Part shown: positions 28,717 through 38,632 of the stretch, in pieces | How the letters are laid out: each line of letters opens with the position of its first letter | Numbering within the stretch: position 1 is the first letter of the stretch | Virus record (IMG/VR): IMGVR_UViG_3300009159_000035 | DNA length: 64,000 bases | DNA from: a virus | Strand: one strand, 5' to 3' | Translations under genes and position numbers: made by a program | Notes under the pieces: model-generated | Databases searched by the model: none | What the model was told of the DNA's origin: nothing | The model's input: the letters and a program-made list of their open reading frames with translations, nothing else

Positions 28717-29076
28717 ATGAGTAACAAAATTTTAAATTTCAAAGACTTTAAAACTGGTGGAAAACTTAGTGACCCAAAAACTGCAACTAGTGTAAAAGCA
28801 GCAGATCCAGTTAAAAAGGAAAAGTCAATAGACCAAGTAAAAAGAGCTGACTTAACTCACCCTAAGATTACTTTACCAGATTACACAAAAGTATCTAAAA
28901 ACCCTATTCAAGAGAGCTCTGCTGATACTCAAGCACAGATTGATGTACTTAATCAGACAAAAGCACTTAGGGCTAAGGTGGCAGCTGCTGCAACGGAAGA
29001 AGAAAAGATTAAGTTATTGGCTCAAATCAAGCAAATTGAACTACAGGCTGAACAAAAGGCAGCTAAGGCTGTATAA
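28717..29076 (+). CDS. Hypothetical late protein with CTS-like leader
   Basis: MSNKILNFKDF; late motif at 28693. Confidence 0.7.
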   Translation: MSNKILNFKDFKTGGKLSDPKTATSVKAADPVKKEKSIDQVKRADLTHPKITLPDYTKVSKNPIQESSADTQAQIDVLNQTKALRAKVAAAATEEEKIKLLAQIKQIELQAEQKAAKAV

Positions 29077-29090
29077 AATTACTTAACTAA

Positions 29091-29831
29091 ATGACTTTAG
29101 ACGAATTAATATTAGATGTACAGAATGAATTGACATTTGCTAAAGCATTGCCGTATTCTATTCCTGAACAAGAGATTAAGCGTATTATTACAATTGCTGA
29201 AAGATATTTTTATGATAATTGGAAACACGCAGTTGAGCCAAGATATTTACTAATACCTAATACCGTATTTACAAATCCAGCATTTAAAGTTGACCGTTCA
29301 ATTCTATTACCTGATTGTGTAGGATTTGTCCATAATGTAATCGAAGCAAAGGGTGGAGCATCATTGTTTGGAACAATGGATTTAGACTTTGCTGATAATA
29401 AATTTATTGGATCAGAAATGTTCTTAACTCCATTTATTGGAGAGTCAATCATGTATCGTACTGTTATATTTTCTTTTCTAGACCTAGTTAAAGGTTTTAC
29501 AATTGATACATTTGCATATGACTATAATAAAAATACCAGAAAATTAGCAATTCTTGGAAGAACGCCAAAGGGTTCTCAAATGGTAGTTCATATTGCTAAA
29601 AAGATTCCAGCGGATGATCTATACAATGATGAAGTATTTCAAAGATACGTTAGAGCAAAAGCTAAATTAAGACTTGGTGATCTACTTACAACATTTGACT
29701 ATAATTTACCAGGTGGAATAAAACCAAATTATGCAAATCTAGTAACCAAAGCTGAAGCTGAATTAGCTGGAGTTATGGATATGATGAAAACTGAAAATAC
29801 TGCCGACTTCTTGTATTTTGCAAGATGGTAA
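29091..29831 (+). CDS. Putative neck protein (T4 gp13-like)
   Basis: YV.AK.K..LG..L..F...LPGGI..N C-terminal pattern. Confidence 0.65.
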   Translation: MTLDELILDVQNELTFAKALPYSIPEQEIKRIITIAERYFYDNWKHAVEPRYLLIPNTVFTNPAFKVDRSILLPDCVGFVHNVIEAKGGASLFGTMDLDFADNKFIGSEMFLTPFIGESIMYRTVIFSFLDLVKGFTIDTFAYDYNKNTRKLAILGRTPKGSQMVVHIAKKIPADDLYNDEVFQRYVRAKAKLRLGDLLTTFDYNLPGGIKPNYANLVTKAEAELAGVMDMMKTENTADFLYFARW

Positions 29832-29838
29832 TTAATAT

Positions 29839-30225
29839 ATGATTCAACCAGTAGGAATAGACCTTTATTTAAGAGCACCAGGCGATCCAAATTATCAAGA
29901 AGGGGTATTTGAATCAAATGACTCAATTGAAAATGCGCTTCAACAAATACGGATGGTATTACTAACTCGCCCTGGAGAAGTATTAGGTGAAGATATTGGA
30001 TTTAATGCTGAGAAATATCTTTTTGAATTTGAATTTTCAAGTCTTGCTCCTATGGAAAAAGATGCAAATGACCAAATTAATGAGTATGTACTTTTTTCTA
30101 AACCATATAAAATATCAGCTGAAGGATTTACAATGGAAGATATTGGCGATCCATATAAAGTTGGATTAGGCCTAGATATTAAAGTAGATGGTAAATCTGC
30201 ATTTGCTACAATGTTTGATCTTTAA
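29839..30225 (+). CDS. Baseplate wedge gp25-like protein
   Basis: QQIRMVLLTRPGEVLG..GF....LFE. Confidence 0.72.
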   Translation: MIQPVGIDLYLRAPGDPNYQEGVFESNDSIENALQQIRMVLLTRPGEVLGEDIGFNAEKYLFEFEFSSLAPMEKDANDQINEYVLFSKPYKISAEGFTMEDIGDPYKVGLGLDIKVDGKSAFATMFDL

Positions 30226-31099
30226 TCCAAGTTTCAAAATCAATCTCAGGTTTCCAAGATAATATTAAATTGGCTCTATCAATATTAGCAAGACTAGCAT
30301 GTGGTTCAAGCCTAAACCCAATTGATTCAGTTTTTCCTCCTAATATGGCCGCAATTTGATTAACGCTAAGAGATTTTCCCGAACCTATATTAATAACTGA
30401 GTGTAAAAATTTAGATGACATTGCTAAGAAGTTGGCTCGGGCAACGTCCTTAACATTGATAAAATCTCGGGTTTGATTACCGTTATTTACAATTGGTAAT
30501 TTTTTACCGAGTTTAAAATTTTCCAAAAAGATTGGAATAACCGATCTGTATGAACTTTTTGGATTGGTTCTTTCCCCAAATACATTAAAATACCGTAAGC
30601 AAGTTGTAACTATTCCATAATTGTGAGAATATAGCTTACAGTATTGTTCACCAACTTGTTTACTTAAAGCATATGGTGAAATTGGATCGGGTTCAACTTG
30701 TTCAGAAGTTGGAGTGCTTACTGTATTTCCATATACTGAGCTTGATGAACTAAATACGAATTTTTTAACCTCAGCTAGTCTACACGCTTCAAGCATATTA
30801 ACTGTACCAGTAATATTAACTTGATTATACGGCTTAGGATCCTCTAATGATCCCTGTACTGAGGTTAATGCTGCTAAATGGAATACACATTCAGAACCTT
30901 TAATGATGGTAGCAATCTTCTTGGGATCATCTGCAATATCATAGACTCTAAGATCAACTTTGCCCTTAGGTAAATTTGAACGTTTTCCACTAGACAAATC
31001 GTCTATTACAGTTACTGAATAACCTTTGCGTAAGAGAAGATCAACTAGGTGAGAGCCTATAAAACCAGCTCCACCGGTTACTGTTACTTTTTGAGTCAT
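30206..31099 (-). CDS. NAD-dependent nucleotide-sugar epimerase/dehydratase
   Basis: TGGAGFIGSHL, FHLAA, SSSSVYG, YALSK, RYFNVFG, TRDF. Confidence 0.92.
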   Translation of the reverse strand: MTQKVTVTGGAGFIGSHLVDLLLRKGYSVTVIDDLSSGKRSNLPKGKVDLRVYDIADDPKKIATIIKGSECVFHLAALTSVQGSLEDPKPYNQVNITGTVNMLEACRLAEVKKFVFSSSSSVYGNTVSTPTSEQVEPDPISPYALSKQVGEQYCKLYSHNYGIVTTCLRYFNVFGERTNPKSSYRSVIPIFLENFKLGKKLPIVNNGNQTRDFINVKDVARANFLAMSSKFLHSVINIGSGKSLSVNQIAAILGGKTESIGFRLEPHASLANIDRANLILSWKPEIDFETWIKDQTL

Positions 31100-31110
31100 C
31101 TATATTAAAA

Positions 31111-32790
31111 TTAAAGTTGTCCTTTAGTTCCAACTTCTGAAGAAGTTTCACCAGTTGGCGGAGTTTCTCCAGCTGGAGCAGCCGGTGCTCCACCTGCTCC
31201 AGCAGCAGCTCCACCTGCTCCAGCAGCAGCTTCTGCTGCTTGACCAAATGCAGCTAAGTAATTACGATTCTTTTCAATATCTTCATCACTTAGTTTTAAG
31301 TATTCTTTAATTAGGTACTCAGTTGAGAAATACGGTTTGTTTTCATCATCAACAACCGCTTTCATTGAATTTAGGGTTGCAAGACGCTTATTCAATAATT
31401 CCTGATTCTTGATTTCTTCAAATACGTTATCGTCATGAAATGTTAAACCAACTGCATTTGCAAATTTGTGATCAGCTTTAAGATCCTTAACATCTAAACA
31501 CATTTGTAAATAAAGAGGTTTTGTAATAAGCTCTTTATATGCAGAACGTAAACGTTTTACAAATTTATTGTATCTAATCTCTTCGCGTGAAATACCTTCA
31601 GCATTCATAGTATATGCGCCTTGACCTTCAGACCAACGTGAATAAGGTAATTTAGAATCAAGTTTTAATTTATCATGGAAGTATTTTAATAATTCTGAAC
31701 CTGATAAATTTGGTCCTGGATATTCAAGAGCTTCAATATCAATTTTCTCTCCACGATCATTTACTGGAAGTACATAATTCTTATAGAATAGAATATTAGG
31801 TTTTCCATCAACACTTAATTCTCCAGTAGAACCATTAAATGAAATATCTTCTTTTAGGGTATTTGTAAATTCCCTAACGTCTTCTTTTGCTTTTTGCATT
31901 GATTTAGTTCCAACTGGCACAGTCGTCTTTAACCTAATTGGCGCATTCATTGTATGCCAAATAACCTTAGAGTGTTCAATTAAACGAAGTAGATTAAATG
32001 ATCTAACTAGCCGTTCAACAAAACTTACGCGCTTTGTTCTAAATTCATTTGAGTATGAAATATAAATTATTTGAGAGTCAGTTAATGTGCGATTCATTTT
32101 ATTTAATGGATCACGCTGTGCCCACTGTAGATAAATTAAACCAGCTGCATCCTTTTTAACTTCAGGATAGAGAGTAGATGGATCTAATTCTTTAAAGCCA
32201 ATAATATCTTTTGGATTTGTTAAATTATCATAAATAATCTCAAAAGCCAAATGGCCCTCAATTAACCATTGATAAAAATATTGCCATGCAGAAATACCTC
32301 GATCAAAACTCCAAGCACTATAAATCTTCTCAAAATTTTCACGGTACTTATCAATTACCTTTTCTTGGTAGTTAAGACGTTCTTCTTTATTTTTACCTCG
32401 ATAGTTAATTTCTCCAACTAAGTCATTTGGATAACAAAATCGATTATCTTCATCATATACAACTGCATCATCAGTAATTGTCTCAATAATAAACTCAATT
32501 TCACCGTTTGATGCAAGATCACGAAGACGTTCTCTTTTTTGAACATAATCTAATTGAAAAAATGCAATTGATTTGTTTTTTAAGGACGAAGTAGTATCAG
32601 ATAAGGCTAGGGTTGCTTTCATTAAGTCATCGCCCATTGCATTATTAAAGCCAGTCATCTGACCTTCAATATAACCAATTGCTTGAGAGTTTTTTACCAA
32701 AAGGTCATCATACTTCATACCAAAACGGCTTAGAGCGGTTAAACCTGATCTAAGGCCTCTTAATGGGTTACTATCTAAAAATCCTGCCAT
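31111..32790 (-). CDS. Portal protein (T4 gp20-like)
   Basis: Size, W.IEGHL.F, L.LIE...IW....AP.R, YF..KL....K.P.SR, ISREE..Y.KFV.RLR. Confidence 0.82.
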   Translation of the reverse strand: MAGFLDSNPLRGLRSGLTALSRFGMKYDDLLVKNSQAIGYIEGQMTGFNNAMGDDLMKATLALSDTTSSLKNKSIAFFQLDYVQKRERLRDLASNGEIEFIIETITDDAVVYDEDNRFCYPNDLVGEINYRGKNKEERLNYQEKVIDKYRENFEKIYSAWSFDRGISAWQYFYQWLIEGHLAFEIIYDNLTNPKDIIGFKELDPSTLYPEVKKDAAGLIYLQWAQRDPLNKMNRTLTDSQIIYISYSNEFRTKRVSFVERLVRSFNLLRLIEHSKVIWHTMNAPIRLKTTVPVGTKSMQKAKEDVREFTNTLKEDISFNGSTGELSVDGKPNILFYKNYVLPVNDRGEKIDIEALEYPGPNLSGSELLKYFHDKLKLDSKLPYSRWSEGQGAYTMNAEGISREEIRYNKFVKRLRSAYKELITKPLYLQMCLDVKDLKADHKFANAVGLTFHDDNVFEEIKNQELLNKRLATLNSMKAVVDDENKPYFSTEYLIKEYLKLSDEDIEKNRNYLAAFGQAAEAAAGAGGAAAGAGGAPAAPAGETPPTGETSSEVGTKGQL

Positions 32791-32799
32791 TTATTTGTT

Positions 32800-33465
32800 T
32801 TATTTTATTTCAAAGAGTGAAAAACTTGATCTTGCTGATATCATTTTATCAGTTGAATAGTTTGCTAGGTGTAATTTAGGAACATCATTCCAATCTATTA
32901 ATGACAAGTTTCGCATCTTTTCTCTATTGTATTTATTCACCAGAAGATTGAATTTAATATCGGGTAAACCAGATACGGCTTTAATAAAGTCTAGGTTAAC
33001 TCGATAAAATGCAGAAAGTTCACTCATTCTGAGCCGTTTATCAATATCAATCAAGGTTCCATCTGAATAGCATTTATCAAGCAAATTTGCAACCTGCTTA
33101 AGATATATTCGGATAAATTTCTTACGTAATGACTGTGACATTAGCTTGACATTTAAGCCAAAGCCATCAGTGCTTAGTGCCAAAAATATTGGGCGATTAT
33201 CGTAAAATGGCTTTTTAACTTTTGGATACCTTTCAATTAGCGAATCTTCTCTAGCTGATGGGTTCTTCATCATTTCATATTCGTCCCAAGTTGGAACCTG
33301 GTCAGGCCCAATTGGGTCAAGCTCTACATGAGTATAAAAATGTCCAGGCATTAAAAAGGTATTTGACGTATTGGTATTTGAACCAAATATATGATTTGGA
33401 CTTGGACTAAACTCTGGGTCTGTTCCATTTTGATAAAAGTCCTTTAATTTCTCTAATTGATTCAT
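32800..33465 (-). CDS. Putative DNA end-protector (T4 gp2-like)
   Basis: PG.FY...PFYD.RP.F...GLN pattern; adjacent to the gp4-like gene. Confidence 0.45.
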   Translation of the reverse strand: MNQLEKLKDFYQNGTDPEFSPSPNHIFGSNTNTSNTFLMPGHFYTHVELDPIGPDQVPTWDEYEMMKNPSAREDSLIERYPKVKKPFYDNRPIFLALSTDGFGLNVKLMSQSLRKKFIRIYLKQVANLLDKCYSDGTLIDIDKRLRMSELSAFYRVNLDFIKAVSGLPDIKFNLLVNKYNREKMRNLSLIDWNDVPKLHLANYSTDKMISARSSFSLFEIK

Positions 33466-33474
33466 TTATATCTT

Positions 33475-33981
33475 TTATATTGATTTGAACAGAAAGTTTT
33501 CGGTTATTATGCCAAATTTTAAACCTCGTACTGATGCAAACTCTTTAGCTGCTTCAAATTTAGCCTGGTTCACAATATATTGCTTTGCAGCATACACATA
33601 ATTAGCAGTTTGTTTGTCGGTCATTCGAGCTGGAGCAGTTGGCGGTTTTGTATACTTATCAGGTTTTACCTCAATTAACCAAGACTGTTCATTACCGTCA
33701 TTGTCTTTAGTTGTAATATAAAAGTCAATATAATAAGTATGGCCTCGTTTGTCTAATGGAGAATAGTAAGGAATTCCAACCGGTTCACTTGAATATTTAA
33801 TAACGGTTGGACTGTGATCACACCATTTAAGAAATTTGAATTCCCATGAACTTCTAAATATAATTTGAGATGGATCTCCTAAATATTTCTCTGGATGTGC
33901 TGGTTTAAAATAACCTTGACGAATTACTCCAGCTCTAGGTTTTAAAAAGGTCTTTATACTCTTTGGTTCTTTAGGTTTCAT
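33475..33981 (-). CDS. Head completion nuclease (T4 gp4/TnsA-like)
   Basis: KY.GDP..I.FRSSWE..F..WCD, SSEP..IPY, YYIDF, IEVKP, N.AK..AA, IITE. Confidence 0.88.
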   Translation of the reverse strand: MKPKEPKSIKTFLKPRAGVIRQGYFKPAHPEKYLGDPSQIIFRSSWEFKFLKWCDHSPTVIKYSSEPVGIPYYSPLDKRGHTYYIDFYITTKDNDGNEQSWLIEVKPDKYTKPPTAPARMTDKQTANYVYAAKQYIVNQAKFEAAKEFASVRGLKFGIITENFLFKSI

Positions 33982-33984
33982 ACA

Positions 33985-33994
33985 GTTATTTATA
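33985..33994 (-). promoter_or_regulatory. Late promoter TATAAATAAC for the gp4-gp2-portal operon
   Basis: Exact T4 late consensus on the minus strand. Confidence 0.7.
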
Positions 33995-35111
33995 GGTACG
34001 CCATGTCGAACACGGAATCGCTAAAATAGCTGTTAAGCCAAAGGTTAAATTCTTTAATCGAATATTGGGTATTTCTATCATGCATATAGCAAAATAGGTC
34101 ATTAATGTCTTTGACTTTATTTAATGAAACTTGGTCATTTATTGAACTATATTGGCGTTTTATATCACCAATTGCTTTATTCCATAAGAATACCGAATAC
34201 CCTTGTTTTATAAAGTTCATCATTTGAGTCTTGCCTGCTTTATCTCTGTCAAATAGGACCTGAGTTGCACCCTTTGCTCCAAGATTAGAAAAAATACTTC
34301 GGGCCTTTGATGCTCCAGACGTTGCAATTGCATTATCTACAAATAATGAGTCAAATTGACCCTCAGTCATTCGGATAGGTTTACTAAAATCAATATTTAG
34401 AATATTAAAATAATTATTTAGAAAATTTGCATCCTCTACCAATTCTTTAGTTAAACCTTTTTGAGAAAATATTTGAGAAAGGTCAGTATATGATTTAATA
34501 ATGTATTTACGCTCAGTGTTTGGATCAAGATTACGAATTGAGAATCCTAATAATCTACCTGACCGTCTGTCAAAATTAAAAATATAAACTTTATTATCAG
34601 AGGAGTCAGTATAGAGACAATCTCCAAAATCTTCAATTAAGTTAAGTCCTCTATTTTTAATGTATTGATATGCAATTGACGTTTCATCAACTAGATCAAG
34701 CCGTTTTAGCGAAAATCGGTTAATTACATCAGTTATTTTAACTAATTGTGAAGTATCAGAAGTTAGGAATCGGATTAATTGGTTTTCAGTTCGCTTTGCC
34801 TGAACGGGTTTGTATTCATCCTCTAAAATAAAGCTTGGCAACATTATGCCATGCTGCTTGCTCATTCGTGCTACAAATTCGCCAACTGTCATGTATGCCA
34901 TGCAGCCATCGTTAAAACATTTGTAGGCTCCAGTATCTAAATAGAGATTGCCGCGCTTCTTAGCAACTTTTTTATCAGAGTCACCGCAAATTGGACACGC
35001 AAAATTTAATTTACGGCCAGTATCGCCATCAATTTTTTGTTTCTCCGGCACATCATGAAACCGCTTACGTAAAAGTGTTTCAATGAATGCTGTTATTTCC
35101 TCAATCTTCAT
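33990..35111 (-). CDS. DNA primase (T4 gp61-like)
   Basis: CPICGDS..K.RG, CFNDGC Zn finger; TOPRIM EGQFD, FDRD.AG, KDIND. Confidence 0.88.
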   Translation of the reverse strand: MKIEEITAFIETLLRKRFHDVPEKQKIDGDTGRKLNFACPICGDSDKKVAKKRGNLYLDTGAYKCFNDGCMAYMTVGEFVARMSKQHGIMLPSFILEDEYKPVQAKRTENQLIRFLTSDTSQLVKITDVINRFSLKRLDLVDETSIAYQYIKNRGLNLIEDFGDCLYTDSSDNKVYIFNFDRRSGRLLGFSIRNLDPNTERKYIIKSYTDLSQIFSQKGLTKELVEDANFLNNYFNILNIDFSKPIRMTEGQFDSLFVDNAIATSGASKARSIFSNLGAKGATQVLFDRDKAGKTQMMNFIKQGYSVFLWNKAIGDIKRQYSSINDQVSLNKVKDINDLFCYMHDRNTQYSIKEFNLWLNSYFSDSVFDMAYL

Positions 35112-36723
35112 TAGTTACGGCTACTGCCTTTACTGGTTTGGGTTTAATTGCGGTTTTATAAGCCTTTTCCAAATCATATCCCATTTTAGAATAGTCTTTG
35201 CCTGTTTTAACAGCCTTTTCATATTTTTCAGTTTGTAACCATAACCCGCCATCTGGTGCATTAATTTCAGTCCAGCAATTTTCAGCTAAATAGGCTTCCA
35301 TAACTTCGTGTGGAATCGCAAATGGATCACTCACTTCAATACCTTTTTTCTTTGCAACTCTATCTCTATATTTAGCAAGTTCGTGTTTTGGAACAATTAC
35401 GGTAGTTAGGCCATATTTAGAAATAGCTGAAATGTAGGTTGCAAATAATGCTGGCGGTACCTGTAAATCAGGATTACCAATAAATGCTTGACAACTTTCT
35501 GGAATTTCACAATATTCTAATGTTTCAGTATTTACTGAATATAATGGGAATGTTTCGTCTGGCGTAAAATCTTTACTACGACTTCTTGACTTAACTACTT
35601 CAATTTTTCTGGTTAATTTTGGAGTTAACTCAGTAAATCCAATTGCAACCAATAATTTATTGATTGGCTCAATTATTAATCGAAAGAACTGCTGCTCACG
35701 ATCCATAGGAACTGCAATTTCTTCAGGATAAGAACCTGGAGCATAGGCAAAAATATCAAAGTTATATGCATTTTGAGCTGCATAATAAAATTTAATTTTT
35801 GAACCACTGCGAATTAGTGGATACTTTTGATTATTTGTAGATTTAATTAAGTGGTTATGATATGCAACTGCTCTACCGTAAATTGGCATTCCAGTTTCCA
35901 AGACTAATGGAACTAGGCTTTTTAAATAGTCTTCATAAACTCTAACTGAAAAGTTAAATGCAATTTCTTCAACTGGTAAAGCATCGCATTCAGCTTTTAG
36001 TGCTGCTAATTTTGGAATAAGATCGCCTTCTAGGTCAATATTATAACCAATATCAAGTAGATAAGAATATAGGGTTTGCAAGTGTTGCCTTGCCCAAATT
36101 GGGTATGAGGCTTGAATTGCTTCAAGTCCTTTAATGATTAGCGACTCTTTATCTAAAAGCCTTTCATGTTTATTATCTTTATAAGAAACCTTTAAAATAT
36201 ATTTTTTCTTTGCTAACCAAATTCCAGATCTGGATAAATTTTCAAGTTCAAAGTTTTGGCGATTATCGGTATTAAAATGAACTGCGTATTTTTCAAAGGC
36301 TTGTTCAAAATAATTTTTAAGTCGGTTGCGGTTAATTGCCAAACAAAATTCAAGAGATTGAGTATCGGTTAATTCAAAATCTTCAATTGAGCGTATTGCA
36401 TAGTCAAAGCATACATAGACTGAATCAGTATCAGTGTATACGGCTGCTTCTTTCTCAATTTTATTAATTGTTTTTCCAGAAATACCTAATTGCTCATGAA
36501 GTTCTGTATCAAGATGCCATTTTTGTTGAAAATAATGGTTAATTGCCTTGATTGAAAATTTAATTAGATCTTGGCCCTGTAAAGTAATAGACTGAGCTAT
36601 TTCGTTATTATGGAAATAGAAGTACTTATTACCAAATGCACCATAAAATGAGTTAATCAAGATCTTGATTGCATTTTGTTTTAAATCAAGGGACTTTATT
36701 TGCTGTTCTAATTGTTTTGACAT
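35101..36723 (-). CDS. Family B DNA polymerase, C-terminal subunit only (split gp43)
   Basis: Begins at motif B (Q.AIKILINSFYGAFG), has YTDTDS and AKKKY; no exonuclease domain or motif A. Confidence 0.88.
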   Translation of the reverse strand: MSKQLEQQIKSLDLKQNAIKILINSFYGAFGNKYFYFHNNEIAQSITLQGQDLIKFSIKAINHYFQQKWHLDTELHEQLGISGKTINKIEKEAAVYTDTDSVYVCFDYAIRSIEDFELTDTQSLEFCLAINRNRLKNYFEQAFEKYAVHFNTDNRQNFELENLSRSGIWLAKKKYILKVSYKDNKHERLLDKESLIIKGLEAIQASYPIWARQHLQTLYSYLLDIGYNIDLEGDLIPKLAALKAECDALPVEEIAFNFSVRVYEDYLKSLVPLVLETGMPIYGRAVAYHNHLIKSTNNQKYPLIRSGSKIKFYYAAQNAYNFDIFAYAPGSYPEEIAVPMDREQQFFRLIIEPINKLLVAIGFTELTPKLTRKIEVVKSRSRSKDFTPDETFPLYSVNTETLEYCEIPESCQAFIGNPDLQVPPALFATYISAISKYGLTTVIVPKHELAKYRDRVAKKKGIEVSDPFAIPHEVMEAYLAENCWTEINAPDGGLWLQTEKYEKAVKTGKDYSKMGYDLEKAYKTAIKPKPVKAVAVTNED

Positions 36724-36728
36724 ATTGT

Positions 36729-36757
36729 GTTATACTTGACTTTGCATATTTTGGTTT
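36729..36757 (-). promoter_or_regulatory. Putative AAAC-N19-TATAAC promoter of the polymerase/primase operon
   Basis: Recurrent architecture; back-to-back with a plus-strand late motif at 36766. Confidence 0.5.
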
Positions 36758-36792
36758 AATATACTAATAAATAACTTAAAAGTTAAGGACTG

Positions 36793-37404
36793 GTGAAAGA
36801 AATCACTAAAGACGAACGTTTGATTAATCAAACTTATCCATTTTTGGTAAATTTCCCATTTAGGGATGAATTTACTATGGAAATTGCAAATTCTCCGGTT
36901 CTTGCAGCAATGTTTGATGATGAATTTGAATCAGCCAGACCCACTAAATCACCAACCGTAATTGATTTTATTCATAGTGCTAGCCCAATAAAATCAAAAA
37001 TTTCAATATTTAAAGAAGACTTACTTTGGATAGATGAAGTTGCTAGCTCTGTTAAAAAACTTGATAAAATATCAAAACAAATAGATCGTGGACTAAAGTC
37101 AAAGGATCTATTGGTAAAACGCAATATTTCAATTGAAACTGATGAATGGTTGACTGGTGTAGCTGACCCAAAAAATGCGCTAAGTAGAGAAGTTTTTAAT
37201 GAAGTACTTGGAAGCCTTGTATCAAATCAGCCAATCACAAAGGTTACTGAACTTGTAAATACTATAAATAAGCTATATTTAAAAAAGGGAATAATTAAAC
37301 TATCCCAAACTGAGGCAGACTTGATATTCACGTTTATTCATTTTAGATTAATTTATGCAAAGCTTATTTTAGGAATTGTTATCTCATCAAAAATATCAAT
37401 ATAA
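36793..37404 (+). CDS. Hypothetical late protein
   Basis: 203 aa, late motif at 36766. Confidence 0.7.
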   Translation: MKEITKDERLINQTYPFLVNFPFRDEFTMEIANSPVLAAMFDDEFESARPTKSPTVIDFIHSASPIKSKISIFKEDLLWIDEVASSVKKLDKISKQIDRGLKSKDLLVKRNISIETDEWLTGVADPKNALSREVFNEVLGSLVSNQPITKVTELVNTINKLYLKKGIIKLSQTEADLIFTFIHFRLIYAKLILGIVISSKISI

Positions 37405-37407
37405 CAA

Positions 37408-37785
37408 ATGGAGCAGCTGAATCAATTTATTGAATATCTTTACACGGTTGAAGAAAATTCATCCTCCTTAAACCAAGAGCAAGTAAAAAAACTTCAAATG
37501 ATTCAGTCAAAGGTTACTGAGATTGTAAATAAAGTTGAGATCATTGCATCTAATACAGTTAATCAATTACAGCCAGTCTATCAACCTCAATTAGAATTAC
37601 AGTTAGCTGAAAATTCAGTATTTAGATTTGGTGAATTTATTGAAATTAATGAGAAAATTGTACAACGAGGTAAAAACTGGGTTGTTATGAATAAAAAAGG
37701 TACTAAAGTTTTAGGTACTCATCCAACCAGAGAAAAAGCAGTTAAGCAGTTACAAGCAATTGAAATAAGCAAAGCTGGTCGCTAA
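37408..37785 (+). CDS. Hypothetical protein with internal CTS-like motif and basic C-terminal domain
   Basis: VFRFGEFIEINE then ...KVLGTHPTREKAVKQLQAIE. Confidence 0.7.
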   Translation: MEQLNQFIEYLYTVEENSSSLNQEQVKKLQMIQSKVTEIVNKVEIIASNTVNQLQPVYQPQLELQLAENSVFRFGEFIEINEKIVQRGKNWVVMNKKGTKVLGTHPTREKAVKQLQAIEISKAGR

Positions 37786-38555
37786 TGAAATTACAAAGAT
37801 TCCAACAGTTTATTAATGAGGCCAAGCACTGGTCAGAGGAGCCGTTTTTATATGGTCGGTATGCAGAGGTGTTTACTGATTTTGGTTTTGAAGCAGATAT
37901 TCCTGACTTGATTTATGCAGTTGAACAAAAATGGACTGACTTAAAAAATAACTATTGGTGGAATCGAGAGAATAGGCAATGGCGCAAAGATCATTTTGCA
38001 CTTGATGTAAAGGTACACGCTTGGCCAGATTCAGATACAGTTAGGGAAATACTTGGCGAACCGGATATGCCAGAAGAGGCAATTGATGATGAATGGTGGG
38101 TTTGGATGAATGACACACGTGAAGGATTTGTTGACGACCTGTTTAGCCTCTATCCATGGATTGCTGATATTGATTGGGGAGGTAAAAGCGGCGGCTGGTT
38201 ATTATTAGCACCACCATTTGATGATGAATCTACCCGAAATGATATTGAAGAGCGATGTGACGAATATAATAGTGAAAAGCAAGACCTAAAGGACAATGGA
38301 GATTTTGAAGAATTAGTAAATCAGTCAAATGAGCTAGACTATCAAGAATTAAAAGATCTAGGATTAGCCGATGAGCTTAATGAACTTACTTTATTAAAAG
38401 CAACAATTGAAGGATTTAAAAACAATTTAACTGAAACTATTGAACAATTAACACAATGGGAAGCTGATATGGAAGCAATACAAGCTAGAGTTAGTAAATT
38501 TGAAGATAACGCTCAAGAATATTTTCATGCATGGTTAAGAAGTAAAGAAGATTAA
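37785..38555 (+). CDS. Acidic Trp-rich protein with CTS-like leader
   Basis: MKLQRFQQFINE; GKSGGWL. Confidence 0.75.
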   Translation: MKLQRFQQFINEAKHWSEEPFLYGRYAEVFTDFGFEADIPDLIYAVEQKWTDLKNNYWWNRENRQWRKDHFALDVKVHAWPDSDTVREILGEPDMPEEAIDDEWWVWMNDTREGFVDDLFSLYPWIADIDWGGKSGGWLLLAPPFDDESTRNDIEERCDEYNSEKQDLKDNGDFEELVNQSNELDYQELKDLGLADELNELTLLKATIEGFKNNLTETIEQLTQWEADMEAIQARVSKFEDNAQEYFHAWLRSKED

Positions 38556-38560
38556 AAATA

Positions 38561-38632
38561 TACGGACTTAGGACCGTAATAGCCTCGGCTATTTGAACCT
38601 CTCGATATCGCTATCCGAGAGGTTCTTCGTTT
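38561..38632 (+). ncRNA. Three-hairpin intergenic structured element ending in a terminator-like hairpin
   Basis: TACGG-ACTTAGGA-CCGTA; ATAGC-CTCG-GCTAT; GAACCTCTCG-ATATCGCTATC-CGAGAGGTTC + T-rich tail. Confidence 0.55.

Noticed and set aside
33475-33981. Tn7 TnsA transposase/mobile element
   Set aside because: The fold is shared with T4 gp4; context is the portal operon and there is no tnsB or tnsC.
38561-38632. Second tRNA gene
   Set aside because: It shares the CTTAGGA loop but has no acceptor stem, D-loop GG or TTCG T-loop.
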